This document shows positions 1-8,466 of a DNA stretch of 24,593 nt, piece after piece. The position numbers were made by a program, and so were the translations under genes. Position 1 is the stretch's first letter; every line of letters starts with the position of its first letter. The stretch is from a virus (taxonomy: Duplodnaviria > Caudoviricetes): the IMG/VR virus record IMGVR_UViG_3300017658_000252, positions 1 through 24,593 of that record; one strand, 5' to 3'. The notes under the pieces are model-generated. The model was not told the DNA's origin and did not search any database. It saw nothing but the letters and a program-made list of their open reading frames with translations.

Positions 1-726
1 CTACTTTTGGATTTGAGAAGGAAAAAACCTTCTCGCAAATTCCTTCAGATCGATTTCCGTCTCGCCGCCATCCATGAATCGGAACCTCCATACATTCTGT
101 TGCCCGTCTGAATCCAGTCGCAAAGGATCATCCGCAAGAGCCAATCCACCTTTTTCCAGAATTTCTCTGGCTTTCCTCGCGTTCCCTGTTAACAGGGAGT
201 TCAGGGCATCGGGAATTCCCCTTTTCTTCGCTGCATAAGCTTTGTTCATCCAGGGCGCCATTTCTTCCAGTAGGCCATATTTCTTGTAAATGTTCGCCAT
301 GCGCGTCAGTTCATCCGCATCTTCGAGCAGGTTGCCAGTCAACATGCGCCTGGCGATCATTTCATCCGACGCAATCTGTATTGCAGGTTTGCTCAGACTG
401 GAAAGTCCTCCAACACCGGCATCTGTGACAGCACGCACTTTCGTCAAACCGGGGTTCAGACCCGGGATTCGCTCCTGTTTTGGAGTAGAGGGCTTTTGCT
501 CATCCTGCTGCCACGGAGCCGCTATCTCATCGTTGGCGGCACGAAGCCGCTCTCGTTTTTCCCTGTTGAAATCTGCCTTGTCGATCCTCGCCCGATGCAA
601 CTCCTCCTCGCGCTCATCCGCCTTTTTCAACCGGTTGGCATCCTGCTGCCGCAGCTTCATATCCTGTCCCGTACGCACGCCTTGTGCAAGGCCGCCAGCA
701 AATGCACCCAAACTTTCAAGCATCAT
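1..726 (-). CDS. Putative internal virion (DNA ejection) protein
   Basis: 241 aa. N-terminal LGAFAGGLAQG followed by a charged helical segment. Lies downstream of another ejection-like gene, the usual podovirus position. Confidence 0.55.
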   Translation of the reverse strand: MMLESLGAFAGGLAQGVRTGQDMKLRQQDANRLKKADEREEELHRARIDKADFNREKRERLRAANDEIAAPWQQDEQKPSTPKQERIPGLNPGLTKVRAVTDAGVGGLSSLSKPAIQIASDEMIARRMLTGNLLEDADELTRMANIYKKYGLLEEMAPWMNKAYAAKKRGIPDALNSLLTGNARKAREILEKGGLALADDPLRLDSDGQQNVWRFRFMDGGETEIDLKEFARRFFPSQIQK

Positions 727-1840
727 CTCCCTCCCTGTTGTGTTTATTCACTGTCGCCTTATGCTTCGCCAACTCTGATGCACCATTGAGCCGGTGAATG
801 AAATCCTCTCCTACCAGTTCCACCGCTTTCCTGTTGAGTACCGCTTCGCCATTGGATAACCGGATGGGTTGCACGCCTTCAATCGAAGCTGGAATGGAAT
901 CGCTGGTGCCGGTACCGGGGCCTTGTACTATGCCACCATCCGCATAGCCTTCACGTTTCAATGCGGATAAGCCATAGGCATTGTAGTTCCTGATAACACC
1001 GCCCGTTCGCAAGCCCGGTGTCCTCATCAGGTAAGCTCCGCCCACGCTGCCAATCAGATTGCCTAACCCACTGAGTCCTCCCACTTTATTCTGCTGCTGT
1101 TGCTGCCATGCATTCAGTTGGCCCTGATACTGGTTCAGCATCAGGTTGCCGGCGGAGTTATTCGCGCCGAGAGCGCCGTCATACCAGTGTTGCGCCGCAT
1201 TCATGCCAGTGGTATGCAGCCCGGCTTTCGTTGCCAGATTGTCAGTGGCGGCGTTACCTGCATTGAGTGCTGCCGCATCGGTAGCTATTCCCGTAGTGGG
1301 CATATTACGCCCGAATTGGGCCATGCCTTGCCGCATGGCCATGCCTTGCAATTCCGTCTCGCGCCGGGCCTTATTCATTGCTCCCGCTGTGTCTTTGGCA
1401 AGCCCAAGGCTGATCTCGTGGGCCAGACCTTGAAACTTGCCTGAATTGGGATTGACTCCCATACGCGCCATTGCTCGCTGGGTAGAATCCAAGGCGCTCT
1501 CATAATTTTTTGCGATATCCGCTCCCGCCTCGGCCGCCATCCGCTCTTTACGCTCGGTTGAGTCGAATTCGCTGGCCTCTCTTACCATGCGCTCTTCTAT
1601 CGGCGCAAACAGGTTGCGGTATGCCTGCCATTGCGATTCGGCCCTCGCTGCATTGGCTTCGCCTGCCACAATCTGCTGATCAACAATTTTCTGGATCAGC
1701 GGGTCCTGCACCCTGGCTCTGTCCTTCTCCCATTCAAGTTGCTGTTTTGCTACATCCAATTGTTGTTGCGCGATATCAGCCTGTTGTTTTGCCGCCTGCC
1801 CAATGAGCGGATCCGGCCTTGGTGGCTTCGAACTACACAT
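716..1840 (-). CDS. Putative internal virion / DNA ejection (pilot-like) protein
   Basis: Likely start MCSSKPPRPDP at 1840. Ala/Gln/Gly-rich helical protein. C-terminal YADGGIVQGPGTGTSDSIPA..LSNGEAVL motif is of the kind seen in ejection and tape-measure C-termini. Confidence 0.65.
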   Translation of the reverse strand: MCSSKPPRPDPLIGQAAKQQADIAQQQLDVAKQQLEWEKDRARVQDPLIQKIVDQQIVAGEANAARAESQWQAYRNLFAPIEERMVREASEFDSTERKERMAAEAGADIAKNYESALDSTQRAMARMGVNPNSGKFQGLAHEISLGLAKDTAGAMNKARRETELQGMAMRQGMAQFGRNMPTTGIATDAAALNAGNAATDNLATKAGLHTTGMNAAQHWYDGALGANNSAGNLMLNQYQGQLNAWQQQQQNKVGGLSGLGNLIGSVGGAYLMRTPGLRTGGVIRNYNAYGLSALKREGYADGGIVQGPGTGTSDSIPASIEGVQPIRLSNGEAVLNRKAVELVGEDFIHRLNGASELAKHKATVNKHNREGDDA

Positions 1841-2447
1841 TTTCAATCTCCAATATTTTGGTCAATCCATTTTCTACGTGCCTGTAGCCTAGCAGTCGGA
1901 AAAATCGTGCTGCCTTATTAACTGTCTTTACGGTAATATTGATTTCTCGAACGCCAAGCAATTTCATGGCATTCTCGACATACCTTACAAAACGCTTGGC
2001 AATAGTGCCGCGTCGTGCCTCGGGCAAAAGATACAGCGTGTCTTCCGTGGCAATAAGTGTTTGCGTGTGGGTGCTCTTGTCCAGATACATGGCGCAATTG
2101 CCCAATAACTTCCCTTCGCTCCTTACGGTAAAAAGAAGGTAGCGGCCTGCCTGCTCATACCGGATAAAAGTCTCGTAATCCGGCTGAAGCGGTAGCCGGT
2201 GTCTGTGTCCCTCGGTCTCATTCCAGTGGGCGCGATGCAAATGCTTTATTTCTTCAGTAATGTTCTCAATACGCTCTACAGCAAATACCAGGTGGGCGTT
2301 ATATCGAGGCTTGATCTGTGCAATATCTCTCAACTGCGCAAGTGCCTCCATGCGATTGGCGGCAACGCAGATATCAGCGGCCAGATCAGATGTCAGGGTC
2401 GAACCTACATTTGCCTTGAGCAGCGAAATCAATTCAGTATTCATCAT
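1833..2447 (-). CDS. GNAT-fold acetyltransferase-like phage protein
   Basis: Start revised to ATG 2447, which overlaps the upstream stop (ATGA). EDTLYLLPEARRGTIA resembles the acetyl-CoA-binding motif A, and FFRLLGY resembles motif B. Such genes commonly precede podovirus ejection genes. Confidence 0.7.
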   Translation of the reverse strand: MMNTELISLLKANVGSTLTSDLAADICVAANRMEALAQLRDIAQIKPRYNAHLVFAVERIENITEEIKHLHRAHWNETEGHRHRLPLQPDYETFIRYEQAGRYLLFTVRSEGKLLGNCAMYLDKSTHTQTLIATEDTLYLLPEARRGTIAKRFVRYVENAMKLLGVREINITVKTVNKAARFFRLLGYRHVENGLTKILEIENV

Positions 2448-3955
2448 CCATCCATACGTGAAATAAGCTGTTCGAGAGAATCGCGAACAGAATTTATGTA
2501 CGCATACAACGCCTCGCATTCAGCCTGAGTGGGAGGAGTTGAAAATGTAAGTGTGCGAAAGGCGGGGAGCGTTATTCGGTTTCCGCGCCGCCCGGTCAGT
2601 ATCTCAAGCATGATTTTCAGCCATGGAGGGGTTCCAACCGGAATGCCAGGCTTCTTGATATGAATTGCTTCGGCAGGTTTGCTGATAAGCGCGGATTCAA
2701 TCAAAACTCCATCACTTATCGCTTTGGCGCTCGCTTTATTGATCTGGCTGCAAAACGTAGCGACAAGACTGTGTATCTGGGTAACACCACCCGTTCCGCT
2801 GGCATTGGCTTGCGTGGAGGATTTTCCGACAAGCGTTCCATTGCCGATGGATATGAGGAGGATGCCGCCTGCGTTAAGCTGCGCCAAGTCAGCTTCAGAC
2901 AGGATATGAGCTTGCGTGATTGCTTCGCCTGGCAGTGCCTTTCCCTGGGCCAAAGCGCCCACGCCGAGCATGTGCGCCTGGCTTACTTTCCCCGCGCTCA
3001 AGGTTCTGCCCGGCGCGATTACGGCACCAGCCAGAGCAACACCTCTGGTAATACCAGCAGCGCTACCCAGGTTGGATTGAACGGGGGCAGCCGTCGCAAG
3101 AATTTGATTCTGCTCGATCTTTCCGGCAGTGGCCCCACCTGCTTGCGTTAATCCCGCAATAGCAAGCGCGTGGTGTTGAGTAATTTCTACCGCACTGCCG
3201 CTATTTACCTGTATTACAGCTACACCGCTTAATCCAAGCCTTGTGTCACCAGGCCACAGCTTTCTTGCAGGCGCCCTGAACAGCTGCCATGGATTTTGAT
3301 ACAGCGCGAATATTTCAGCGGGAGCAAAAGCCCGGTCAAAAATCCCGACCGTATCGATGTCGCCATTGAATGCGTAGGATGGGGCGCCCCCAAGGCCATA
3401 CGCCCCTATGTAAACTGTCCGTGCGGCTGACGGCGCGGTGGCCGGGCTAATGGCGACCTGGATACCGTTCACATACAGAATCCGGTTCGATCCGTCGAAA
3501 ACGCCGCAGACAAAATCCCTCTGCCCTGTTGTCGGCTGGCCTCCCACGCACCCCTCGGGGGTGGCACTGTTGACGATCCAGCAGTATTTGCCAGAGGTAT
3601 TGAGTCCAAGGAAAAAGCCGCTGGCATGATCTGTCTCGACGAGGCGCACATAAGCACTCAGGGCAGTTGGCCGGCACCATGCGAATACTGTAAAAGCCGC
3701 CCCGGGAGTTATTGCCCGCGCGCTTTGGAGCCTGGTTGTCGTTCCGTTGAAATACAGTGCCCTGCCCTGGTTCCTCATGACAAGTGCAGGAGCGGCCGCA
3801 GCACCCGGTGAAAAATTGTTGCGGGTGGCAATATCTCGGGCGGACTGTTCGGTCAAAGGTGCGACAATGACCGCACCTCGTTTCCAATAAGGGGTAAGCT
3901 CGACCGGGGCTTGCGGCTGCGCATTGAACCTGCGAGGCAGGATTATTTCAGCCAC
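2444..3955 (-). CDS. LamG/concanavalin A-like fibre protein with a repeat shaft
   Basis: GTG start. The N-terminal half has LamG hallmarks (FTVFAWCRP, FVCGVFDG, LYVNG, FNGDIDTVGIFDRAF..AEI..LY). It is followed by ~22-aa repeats and a helical C-terminal domain. Confidence 0.75.
   Translation of the reverse strand: MAEIILPRRFNAQPQAPVELTPYWKRGAVIVAPLTEQSARDIATRNNFSPGAAAAPALVMRNQGRALYFNGTTTRLQSARAITPGAAFTVFAWCRPTALSAYVRLVETDHASGFFLGLNTSGKYCWIVNSATPEGCVGGQPTTGQRDFVCGVFDGSNRILYVNGIQVAISPATAPSAARTVYIGAYGLGGAPSYAFNGDIDTVGIFDRAFAPAEIFALYQNPWQLFRAPARKLWPGDTRLGLSGVAVIQVNSGSAVEITQHHALAIAGLTQAGGATAGKIEQNQILATAAPVQSNLGSAAGITRGVALAGAVIAPGRTLSAGKVSQAHMLGVGALAQGKALPGEAITQAHILSEADLAQLNAGGILLISIGNGTLVGKSSTQANASGTGGVTQIHSLVATFCSQINKASAKAISDGVLIESALISKPAEAIHIKKPGIPVGTPPWLKIMLEILTGRRGNRITLPAFRTLTFSTPPTQAECEALYAYINSVRDSLEQLISRMDG
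2720..3184 (-). repeat. Seven 22-23-aa protein repeats, consensus (I/V)TQxHxL......QxN
   Basis: ITQHHALAIAGLTQAGGATAGK / IEQNQILATAAPVQSNLGSAAG / ITRGVALAGAVIAPGRTLSAGK / VSQAHMLGVGALAQGKALPGEA / ITQAHILSEADLAQLNAGGILL / ISIGNGTLVGKSSTQANASGTGG / VTQIHSLVATFCSQINKASAKA. Confidence 0.8.
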
Positions 3956-4390
3956 TTAGGCAGATGTCCCTGTAATGTCGGCGCGGTAGATGCCGCCCGA
4001 AGTCAGCGGTACACCCATGTCGTTCTTGACCACGAGCTTCAGATAGCGCGCGACGGGCAAGCCCTGCAGGCTGAACATCTTCCGGTGCATGTTGGTGTCG
4101 TTGCATGGCAACGTGCCGATCCAGTGCAGGTCAGCCTCGTTGGTGGCATCCGTCCCGCTTTCCGGTCCGCTGCTGAAGTTGACGTTATCGAGGGAGAGCT
4201 TGGCAAAGAGCACGAGCTGCTTGCTGCCTGTCGGCGCGCCGTTGGGGTCCGCTTCGACTTCCAGAGTGACATCGAACGGGATATTGGGACCAAGATCGAC
4301 GGCCGGGGACACACCGTAGTAGCCGCTTGCCATCGTGCCAAGATCCAGTATCCGGATGCGCGTCCCCTGCGCTTGGGTAAATGTTGCCAT
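3956..4390 (-). CDS. Hypothetical beta-rich virion protein, probable partner of the LamG fibre
   Basis: 144 aa, directly abuts the LamG gene. Composition suggests a beta-sandwich (RYLKLVVKND). Higher GC than the flanking genes. Confidence 0.7.
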   Translation of the reverse strand: MATFTQAQGTRIRILDLGTMASGYYGVSPAVDLGPNIPFDVTLEVEADPNGAPTGSKQLVLFAKLSLDNVNFSSGPESGTDATNEADLHWIGTLPCNDTNMHRKMFSLQGLPVARYLKLVVKNDMGVPLTSGGIYRADITGTSA

Positions 4391-4419
4391 AGTTTGATTT
4401 CTGGAATATCACCAGTTGG

Positions 4420-4803
4420 TTAGGTGGGCTGGGAGCTGGTGTAAGTCAGGCTCGGGAAATTGACTGTATTGCCGCTCGTTACCACCTGATCGGTGGTTTC
4501 ATCAGTCACCAGCAAAACTTTGCTCGCGTTGTCCGTGAAGGCAATGTGAAGATCGGGAGCGGCGCCAGAATTGGCTGACGCTGTTCCACTGCGGGCCGCG
4601 ACCGTCAGAATGCGAGCTGCGCCGTCAGCCCCTGACAGCGCATAGTCTCCGGGCGCCATTGCAACCGCACAAATTGCATTAGCATTAACGGTTGTATAGC
4701 TGTCAGCAAAGGAATATGCCTTCAACAGCAGCATGCGGCTCGCATTGTTCTTTATCGAATTCAATCCACCATCCAGAACGTCGGAATGAACGTATTTCGC
4801 CAT
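4420..4803 (-). CDS. Hypothetical phage structural protein (127 aa)
   Basis: Start revised to MAKYVHSDVLDGGL at 4803, with RBS AAGGA upstream. The longer ORF-track start runs through a terminator. Ends in SGNTVNFPS, typical of small fibre-associated phage proteins. Confidence 0.7.
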   Translation of the reverse strand: MAKYVHSDVLDGGLNSIKNNASRMLLLKAYSFADSYTTVNANAICAVAMAPGDYALSGADGAARILTVAARSGTASANSGAAPDLHIAFTDNASKVLLVTDETTDQVVTSGNTVNFPSLTYTSSQPT

Positions 4804-4823
4804 ACAAAATTCCTTTTTAAAGT

Positions 4824-4851
4824 AAAAAAGCCGCCCGAATAGGAGCGGCTC
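4824..4851 (-). terminator. Rho-independent terminator
   Basis: Minus strand AGCCGCTC-CTATTC-GGGCGGCT followed by TTTTT. Confidence 0.75.
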
Positions 4852-4962
4852 ACGTTTGAGTGACAAAAATCAGGAAGAAGAAAGCTGCTTGAAATACCTT
4901 GAGCGGTTCGAGAGATCTAACCGAGAGTGCCAATCCAGCCGTTCAATCGGGACTTATGGCAG

Positions 4963-6999
4963 TTATGCCTGCTTCAATCCATCCATTGTTTCAGCCAGGA
5001 CGATGCTGTTTACCTTCACATTGCCAGATAGCACAAACTCGACATTATCAGCCTTATAGCCGCCGGGGAGTCGAAACGCTCGGCTATTCCTGACCTGTTT
5101 GGTAAGCTTCAGCGTCCCATCGCTCCATAATTGAAATTGCAGGGAATCCATGGATAAGAGAGGAATATCCTGTGTCGCATCGCCCCCAATCTCGTATTCA
5201 CCAAGGCATGTATCTGCCAGTCCGTCGTTCATGGAATAAGAATTGATCAGTGTCTGGTTGGCAGCGATAGTCTCGTTATAGGAGGATTGTGCCGCTGCTC
5301 TTTCTTCTTCCGTCATTTCAAAATCGGCATCAATCTTCCCCGCACCATAATTAACCGGTGGCGCAGTAACGAACCGTTTACTTTTCCACTCATAGAAAAG
5401 TTTGGTCCCCGTATCCCCTTCCCATTCGTAGATTTTCCTGTTTGTGGCGACGTAAAGCTTGCCGGTTATGGGATCTGTCCAGATGCAACTGATGTTCTGG
5501 TTGATTTTTGAAAAGGATGCATTCTCTGCCTTATCGATCACGAACATGAGGGAGCTATCTGCAGCCGAATAGCCGCAGTAATAGCGGTTATCGGCAGAGG
5601 TAGCGATAAAGGTGTCAGGATTCAGTTCGGACCACTCCTTCTGGGTAAACAGGTCTTTTGTGACAATATCGCTACTTGTCCCAATCATTACCATCCCTTG
5701 CGGAGCAGGATATCCAACGCCGAATGCAAAATTCGCCACTCCTCGCTTCGACATGCAAGGCCACGCTACCCCCAGCTTCTCCATTCCTCCACCCATGGTC
5801 GCAGGCTCAACTCCGGTAATGGTGAAAGGATTGCCCTTGGTCATGCCAACCAGCGTGGTGCCCATCGCAGCGATCGCTACAATTTCCTGATCGTATGTCT
5901 GGCGATACGAGGTGGGCCAGGCATAAGGTTTGAACGGTTCTGAGAAAAGTACCTCATTCCCCGTGAATCCTGCGGCAATTCCATTCGCAAGCATAACAAT
6001 GCCTTTCATGTTGGCTGGGGGCATTTCCCAGTTCGTGGAGGGCAATACTTCTCCTAATGCAACCACCGTATCAGGAACAGTATCACTGTAACTTTTCGTA
6101 ACTGCTGAAAGTGTTGCGACGTAGCGATACTCGCTCCCTGACGAAGTGGTAAGCGTCCGATAGATGCGCTTGTTCATCCCCTCGGTATTGTGTGGGGCCT
6201 GGCGCTTCCACTCCCCACCCCCAGCGTAGACCTGGTCTGTAGAAAAAGATATGACAACCTTTTTCGTTATCGGGTCTACGCTTATCAGAGTAAACCGGCC
6301 GTTCAAGTCGGTCATGCCTGATACCGATTCAAACCTGATTTCCTCATGCGCTCTTAAGCCGAAGACGGTATCAAGGCTGATTTCCGCCTGACCGGCAGCT
6401 GGAGAATTCCTGGAAACAGCAATAATTGCCCCGGAGTTGGGGGGTGCTGCGTCCAGATTTGAAATCATCCAGGTTGCGTCTATCTTTCCACTGGTCACTA
6501 TGGAAGCGGGGGAAGGCTGTGACTCCTCCCCCCATTGCGTGACAAATGTGTAAACGTAGGCTCGGGAAGTCACTACTCCGCTTCCACCTGACGCCATTAC
6601 CAGTGGTTCGTTGACTGGGGGTGTAACGCCAAGTACGTAGCAGGTGGATGGATAAATCCCGGAGCCGGCAGTCGCCATTTCAAAATCAGAGGTGCGAGGT
6701 TCTCCGTCACCCGTGTAATAGAATCGCTGCGGTGTATTCCCCGCAACAGGCGAACGGGCTACATCTACATCCCGGCTCCACGCTAGCCACTTCTCGTTTC
6801 CATCCTTTTCGATTCTGAACATCGACCGGATCTCGCCATCTATCTGTGGAGAAAACACAAGTAGCGCCGCGTTTCTGGGTCGCAAATCTCCACCGGCAAG
6901 ATTGCAATTGGTCGCCGTTTGCGCCTGATTCGAACTAAGCAAATGCTTTGCCAGCCGTGGCACAAGGCCGGAAAATCCGGAAATCCTGAATGCACTCAC
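4963..6999 (-). CDS. Tail nozzle / DNA stabilization protein (tail tubular protein B-like)
   Basis: 678 aa, GTG overlaps the endolysin stop. N-terminal FSGLVPRL..LL...AQ.A.N, YVYTFVT.WGEES.PSP and FSEPFKPYAWP motifs, with beta-propeller-like composition. Confidence 0.7.
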   Translation of the reverse strand: MSAFRISGFSGLVPRLAKHLLSSNQAQTATNCNLAGGDLRPRNAALLVFSPQIDGEIRSMFRIEKDGNEKWLAWSRDVDVARSPVAGNTPQRFYYTGDGEPRTSDFEMATAGSGIYPSTCYVLGVTPPVNEPLVMASGGSGVVTSRAYVYTFVTQWGEESQPSPASIVTSGKIDATWMISNLDAAPPNSGAIIAVSRNSPAAGQAEISLDTVFGLRAHEEIRFESVSGMTDLNGRFTLISVDPITKKVVISFSTDQVYAGGGEWKRQAPHNTEGMNKRIYRTLTTSSGSEYRYVATLSAVTKSYSDTVPDTVVALGEVLPSTNWEMPPANMKGIVMLANGIAAGFTGNEVLFSEPFKPYAWPTSYRQTYDQEIVAIAAMGTTLVGMTKGNPFTITGVEPATMGGGMEKLGVAWPCMSKRGVANFAFGVGYPAPQGMVMIGTSSDIVTKDLFTQKEWSELNPDTFIATSADNRYYCGYSAADSSLMFVIDKAENASFSKINQNISCIWTDPITGKLYVATNRKIYEWEGDTGTKLFYEWKSKRFVTAPPVNYGAGKIDADFEMTEEERAAAQSSYNETIAANQTLINSYSMNDGLADTCLGEYEIGGDATQDIPLLSMDSLQFQLWSDGTLKLTKQVRNSRAFRLPGGYKADNVEFVLSGNVKVNSIVLAETMDGLKQA

Positions 7000-7550
7000 T
7001 TCGCCAGATCTCCCCTTCCGGAAGAACTATCATGCCTTAAACCAGTTCTTCGGCCCTCGCATAATGCCCGTTCCTCGGCACGCCTCTTCACGAGACCCGG
7101 TAATATTTTTTTGCCGGGACCATATTTGAATGCCTCTATGCGCGCACACGCTTCCCCATACCGTCTAGCATTGATCAGGTCGATAAGATTAGGCGGTTTT
7201 CCAGGTAATGCCTTTCGACAGAAAGCACCGACACCGATGTTATAAGCCAGGCTCACATACGCTTCATACTCGTGCTGATAGAGAGGTACGGTCACACAGC
7301 GCCTGACTCCGGCAGCATAAACACCCTCTATTTCGTCCAGCAGCCTGACCAAAGACCGCTCCGGCGTTGTCTTGTCTCCCATTTTCACACCCGCGGTCGT
7401 ACCAAACCCGATGGTGGGGACATCCCCGCGCACAGGGATATACGCCTCATCCTTATACCCCTCGTGCACCGCGATTCCAACCAGTGTTGATGCTGCCAAC
7501 ACTAGTAACGCTACAGCGGACCTTCCCTGATTAAACAATGGCTTGCTCAT
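6996..7550 (-). CDS. Endolysin, GH24 lysozyme with a SAR (signal-anchor-release) domain
   Basis: A weakly hydrophobic N-terminal segment SAVALLVLAASTLVGIAV directly precedes HEG. E...D..T catalytic region EGYKDEAYIPVRGDVPTIGFG, SLAYNIG, and C-terminal GLVKRRAEERALC. Confidence 0.92.
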   Translation of the reverse strand: MSKPLFNQGRSAVALLVLAASTLVGIAVHEGYKDEAYIPVRGDVPTIGFGTTAGVKMGDKTTPERSLVRLLDEIEGVYAAGVRRCVTVPLYQHEYEAYVSLAYNIGVGAFCRKALPGKPPNLIDLINARRYGEACARIEAFKYGPGKKILPGLVKRRAEERALCEGRRTGLRHDSSSGRGDLAK

Positions 7551-7600
7551 CCCATAATCCCTTGTGCTCCATGCTCATTTATCTGTATCGGGTAAAGGTG

Positions 7601-7876
7601 TCAGGGAGTATTTTCTGTGATGCAATCCAGCTTCGCCTTTATGGTCTCCTTCAGATCGCCTGCATCCAGTGTGGCGCAGGAGGATATTTCCGAAACGGGA
7701 GATGTTGTTTTGGACCTTGGCTTCGGAATTTCTGCAGTGCTCATTGACGCTTGCGGTTGTACAGTTGCAACAGGCGACTCCATTACGGTTTCGTTTGTCA
7801 CCAGGGGCTCATTCGTCACCAGGGGCGTAAGCATGGTGCACGACGCCAGAAACAAAGCTCCCAGCAGATACCTCAT
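7601..7876 (-). CDS. Small lipoprotein (possibly o-spanin-like)
   Basis: Start revised to MRYLLGALFLAS|C at 7876 (ATGA overlap). Lipobox LASC, Pro/Thr/Ser-rich linker and two further Cys. Confidence 0.65.
   Translation of the reverse strand: MRYLLGALFLASCTMLTPLVTNEPLVTNETVMESPVATVQPQASMSTAEIPKPRSKTTSPVSEISSCATLDAGDLKETIKAKLDCITENTP
7791..7826. repeat. 18-bp in-frame tandem duplication (PLVTNE x2)
   Basis: tcgtttgtcaccaggggc / tcattcgtcaccaggggc, 16/18 identical, and both differences are synonymous. Confidence 0.85.
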
Positions 7877-8184
7877 GCCTTTCTCCCTCTCGTCCATTTT
7901 TCGATGATTCTGTCGAGCTTGTCGTTGAATTCCTTCAACGTTTCACGCTGCTCGGCTCTCATCGACTTGATTTCCTCATCAAGGCGTTCATTGGTTCTTT
8001 CCTGATACAACTCGCCTCGCTTCAGGGTCGCGATATCATTTTGCACCGTGTTATATGTCGCTACGCCGGATGCAACCAGACCCGCCACTGCAATAATTCC
8101 ACTGAAGGATAATGTGTAGGTGGATGGCCCGCGCCGCCTCTCGATCCTGTTCGCGATCTCTTGGTCGCCTTCATCCTCAGCCAT
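7873..8184 (-). CDS. Single-TM coiled-coil membrane protein of the lysis block (holin- or i-spanin-like)
   Basis: Start revised to MAEDEGDQE at 8184, just after the upstream small ORF stop. TM segment LSFSGIIAVAGLVASGVATY is followed by a charged coiled coil. Confidence 0.65.
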   Translation of the reverse strand: MAEDEGDQEIANRIERRRGPSTYTLSFSGIIAVAGLVASGVATYNTVQNDIATLKRGELYQERTNERLDEEIKSMRAEQRETLKEFNDKLDRIIEKWTRGRKA

Positions 8185-8186
8185 GA

Positions 8187-8366
8187 TCAGGACAAACCCC
8201 ATAAAACTGCGATTGCAAGCACGACCGTACCCAGCAATATTGCGGCCGTCCATTTCGATCCTTTCAATTTTTCCAATAAACCGTCTGCGCGGGCTTCTAC
8301 CGCAGCATGTTGTCTTTCCACCTCTTCCTGAATGGCTTTGATGCGTTTGCGTTGAAACATGGTCAC
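8187..8366 (-). CDS. Small C-terminally anchored membrane protein (59 aa), holin/antiholin candidate, absent from the ORF track
   Basis: RBS AGGAGG lies 7 nt before GTG 8366, with an in-frame ATG at 8360. Translates as MTMFQRKRIKAIQEEVERQHAAVEARADGLLEKLKGSKWTAAILLGTVVLAIAVLWGLS, TGA at 8187-8189. Confidence 0.8.
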   Translation of the reverse strand: MTMFQRKRIKAIQEEVERQHAAVEARADGLLEKLKGSKWTAAILLGTVVLAIAVLWGLS

Positions 8367-8390
8367 AATAATTCCTCCTGGGTATTGAAT

Positions 8391-8430
8391 AAAAAAGCCC
8401 GTTCGGGCAAAAAAAAAGCGGCTACGCCGC
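8391..8430 (-). terminator. Two tandem Rho-independent terminator-like hairpins
   Basis: Minus strand GCGGC-GTA-GCCGC-T9, then GCCC-GAAC-GGGC-T6. Confidence 0.7.
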
Positions 8431-8466
8431 GTCTTGCTGTCTTTTCAAAAAGTTTCGATCATGTGT

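Noticed and set aside
4804-4866. Longer ORF-track starts (4866, also 2519, 7897, 8253, 20928)
   Set aside because: These extensions run through a terminator or deep into upstream genes. The downstream starts have an RBS or stop/start coupling.
4852-4962. Possible ncRNA in the intergenic gap after the nozzle gene
   Set aside because: Only short, weak stems (e.g. CGGTT..AACCG) are present and there is no recognisable family motif.
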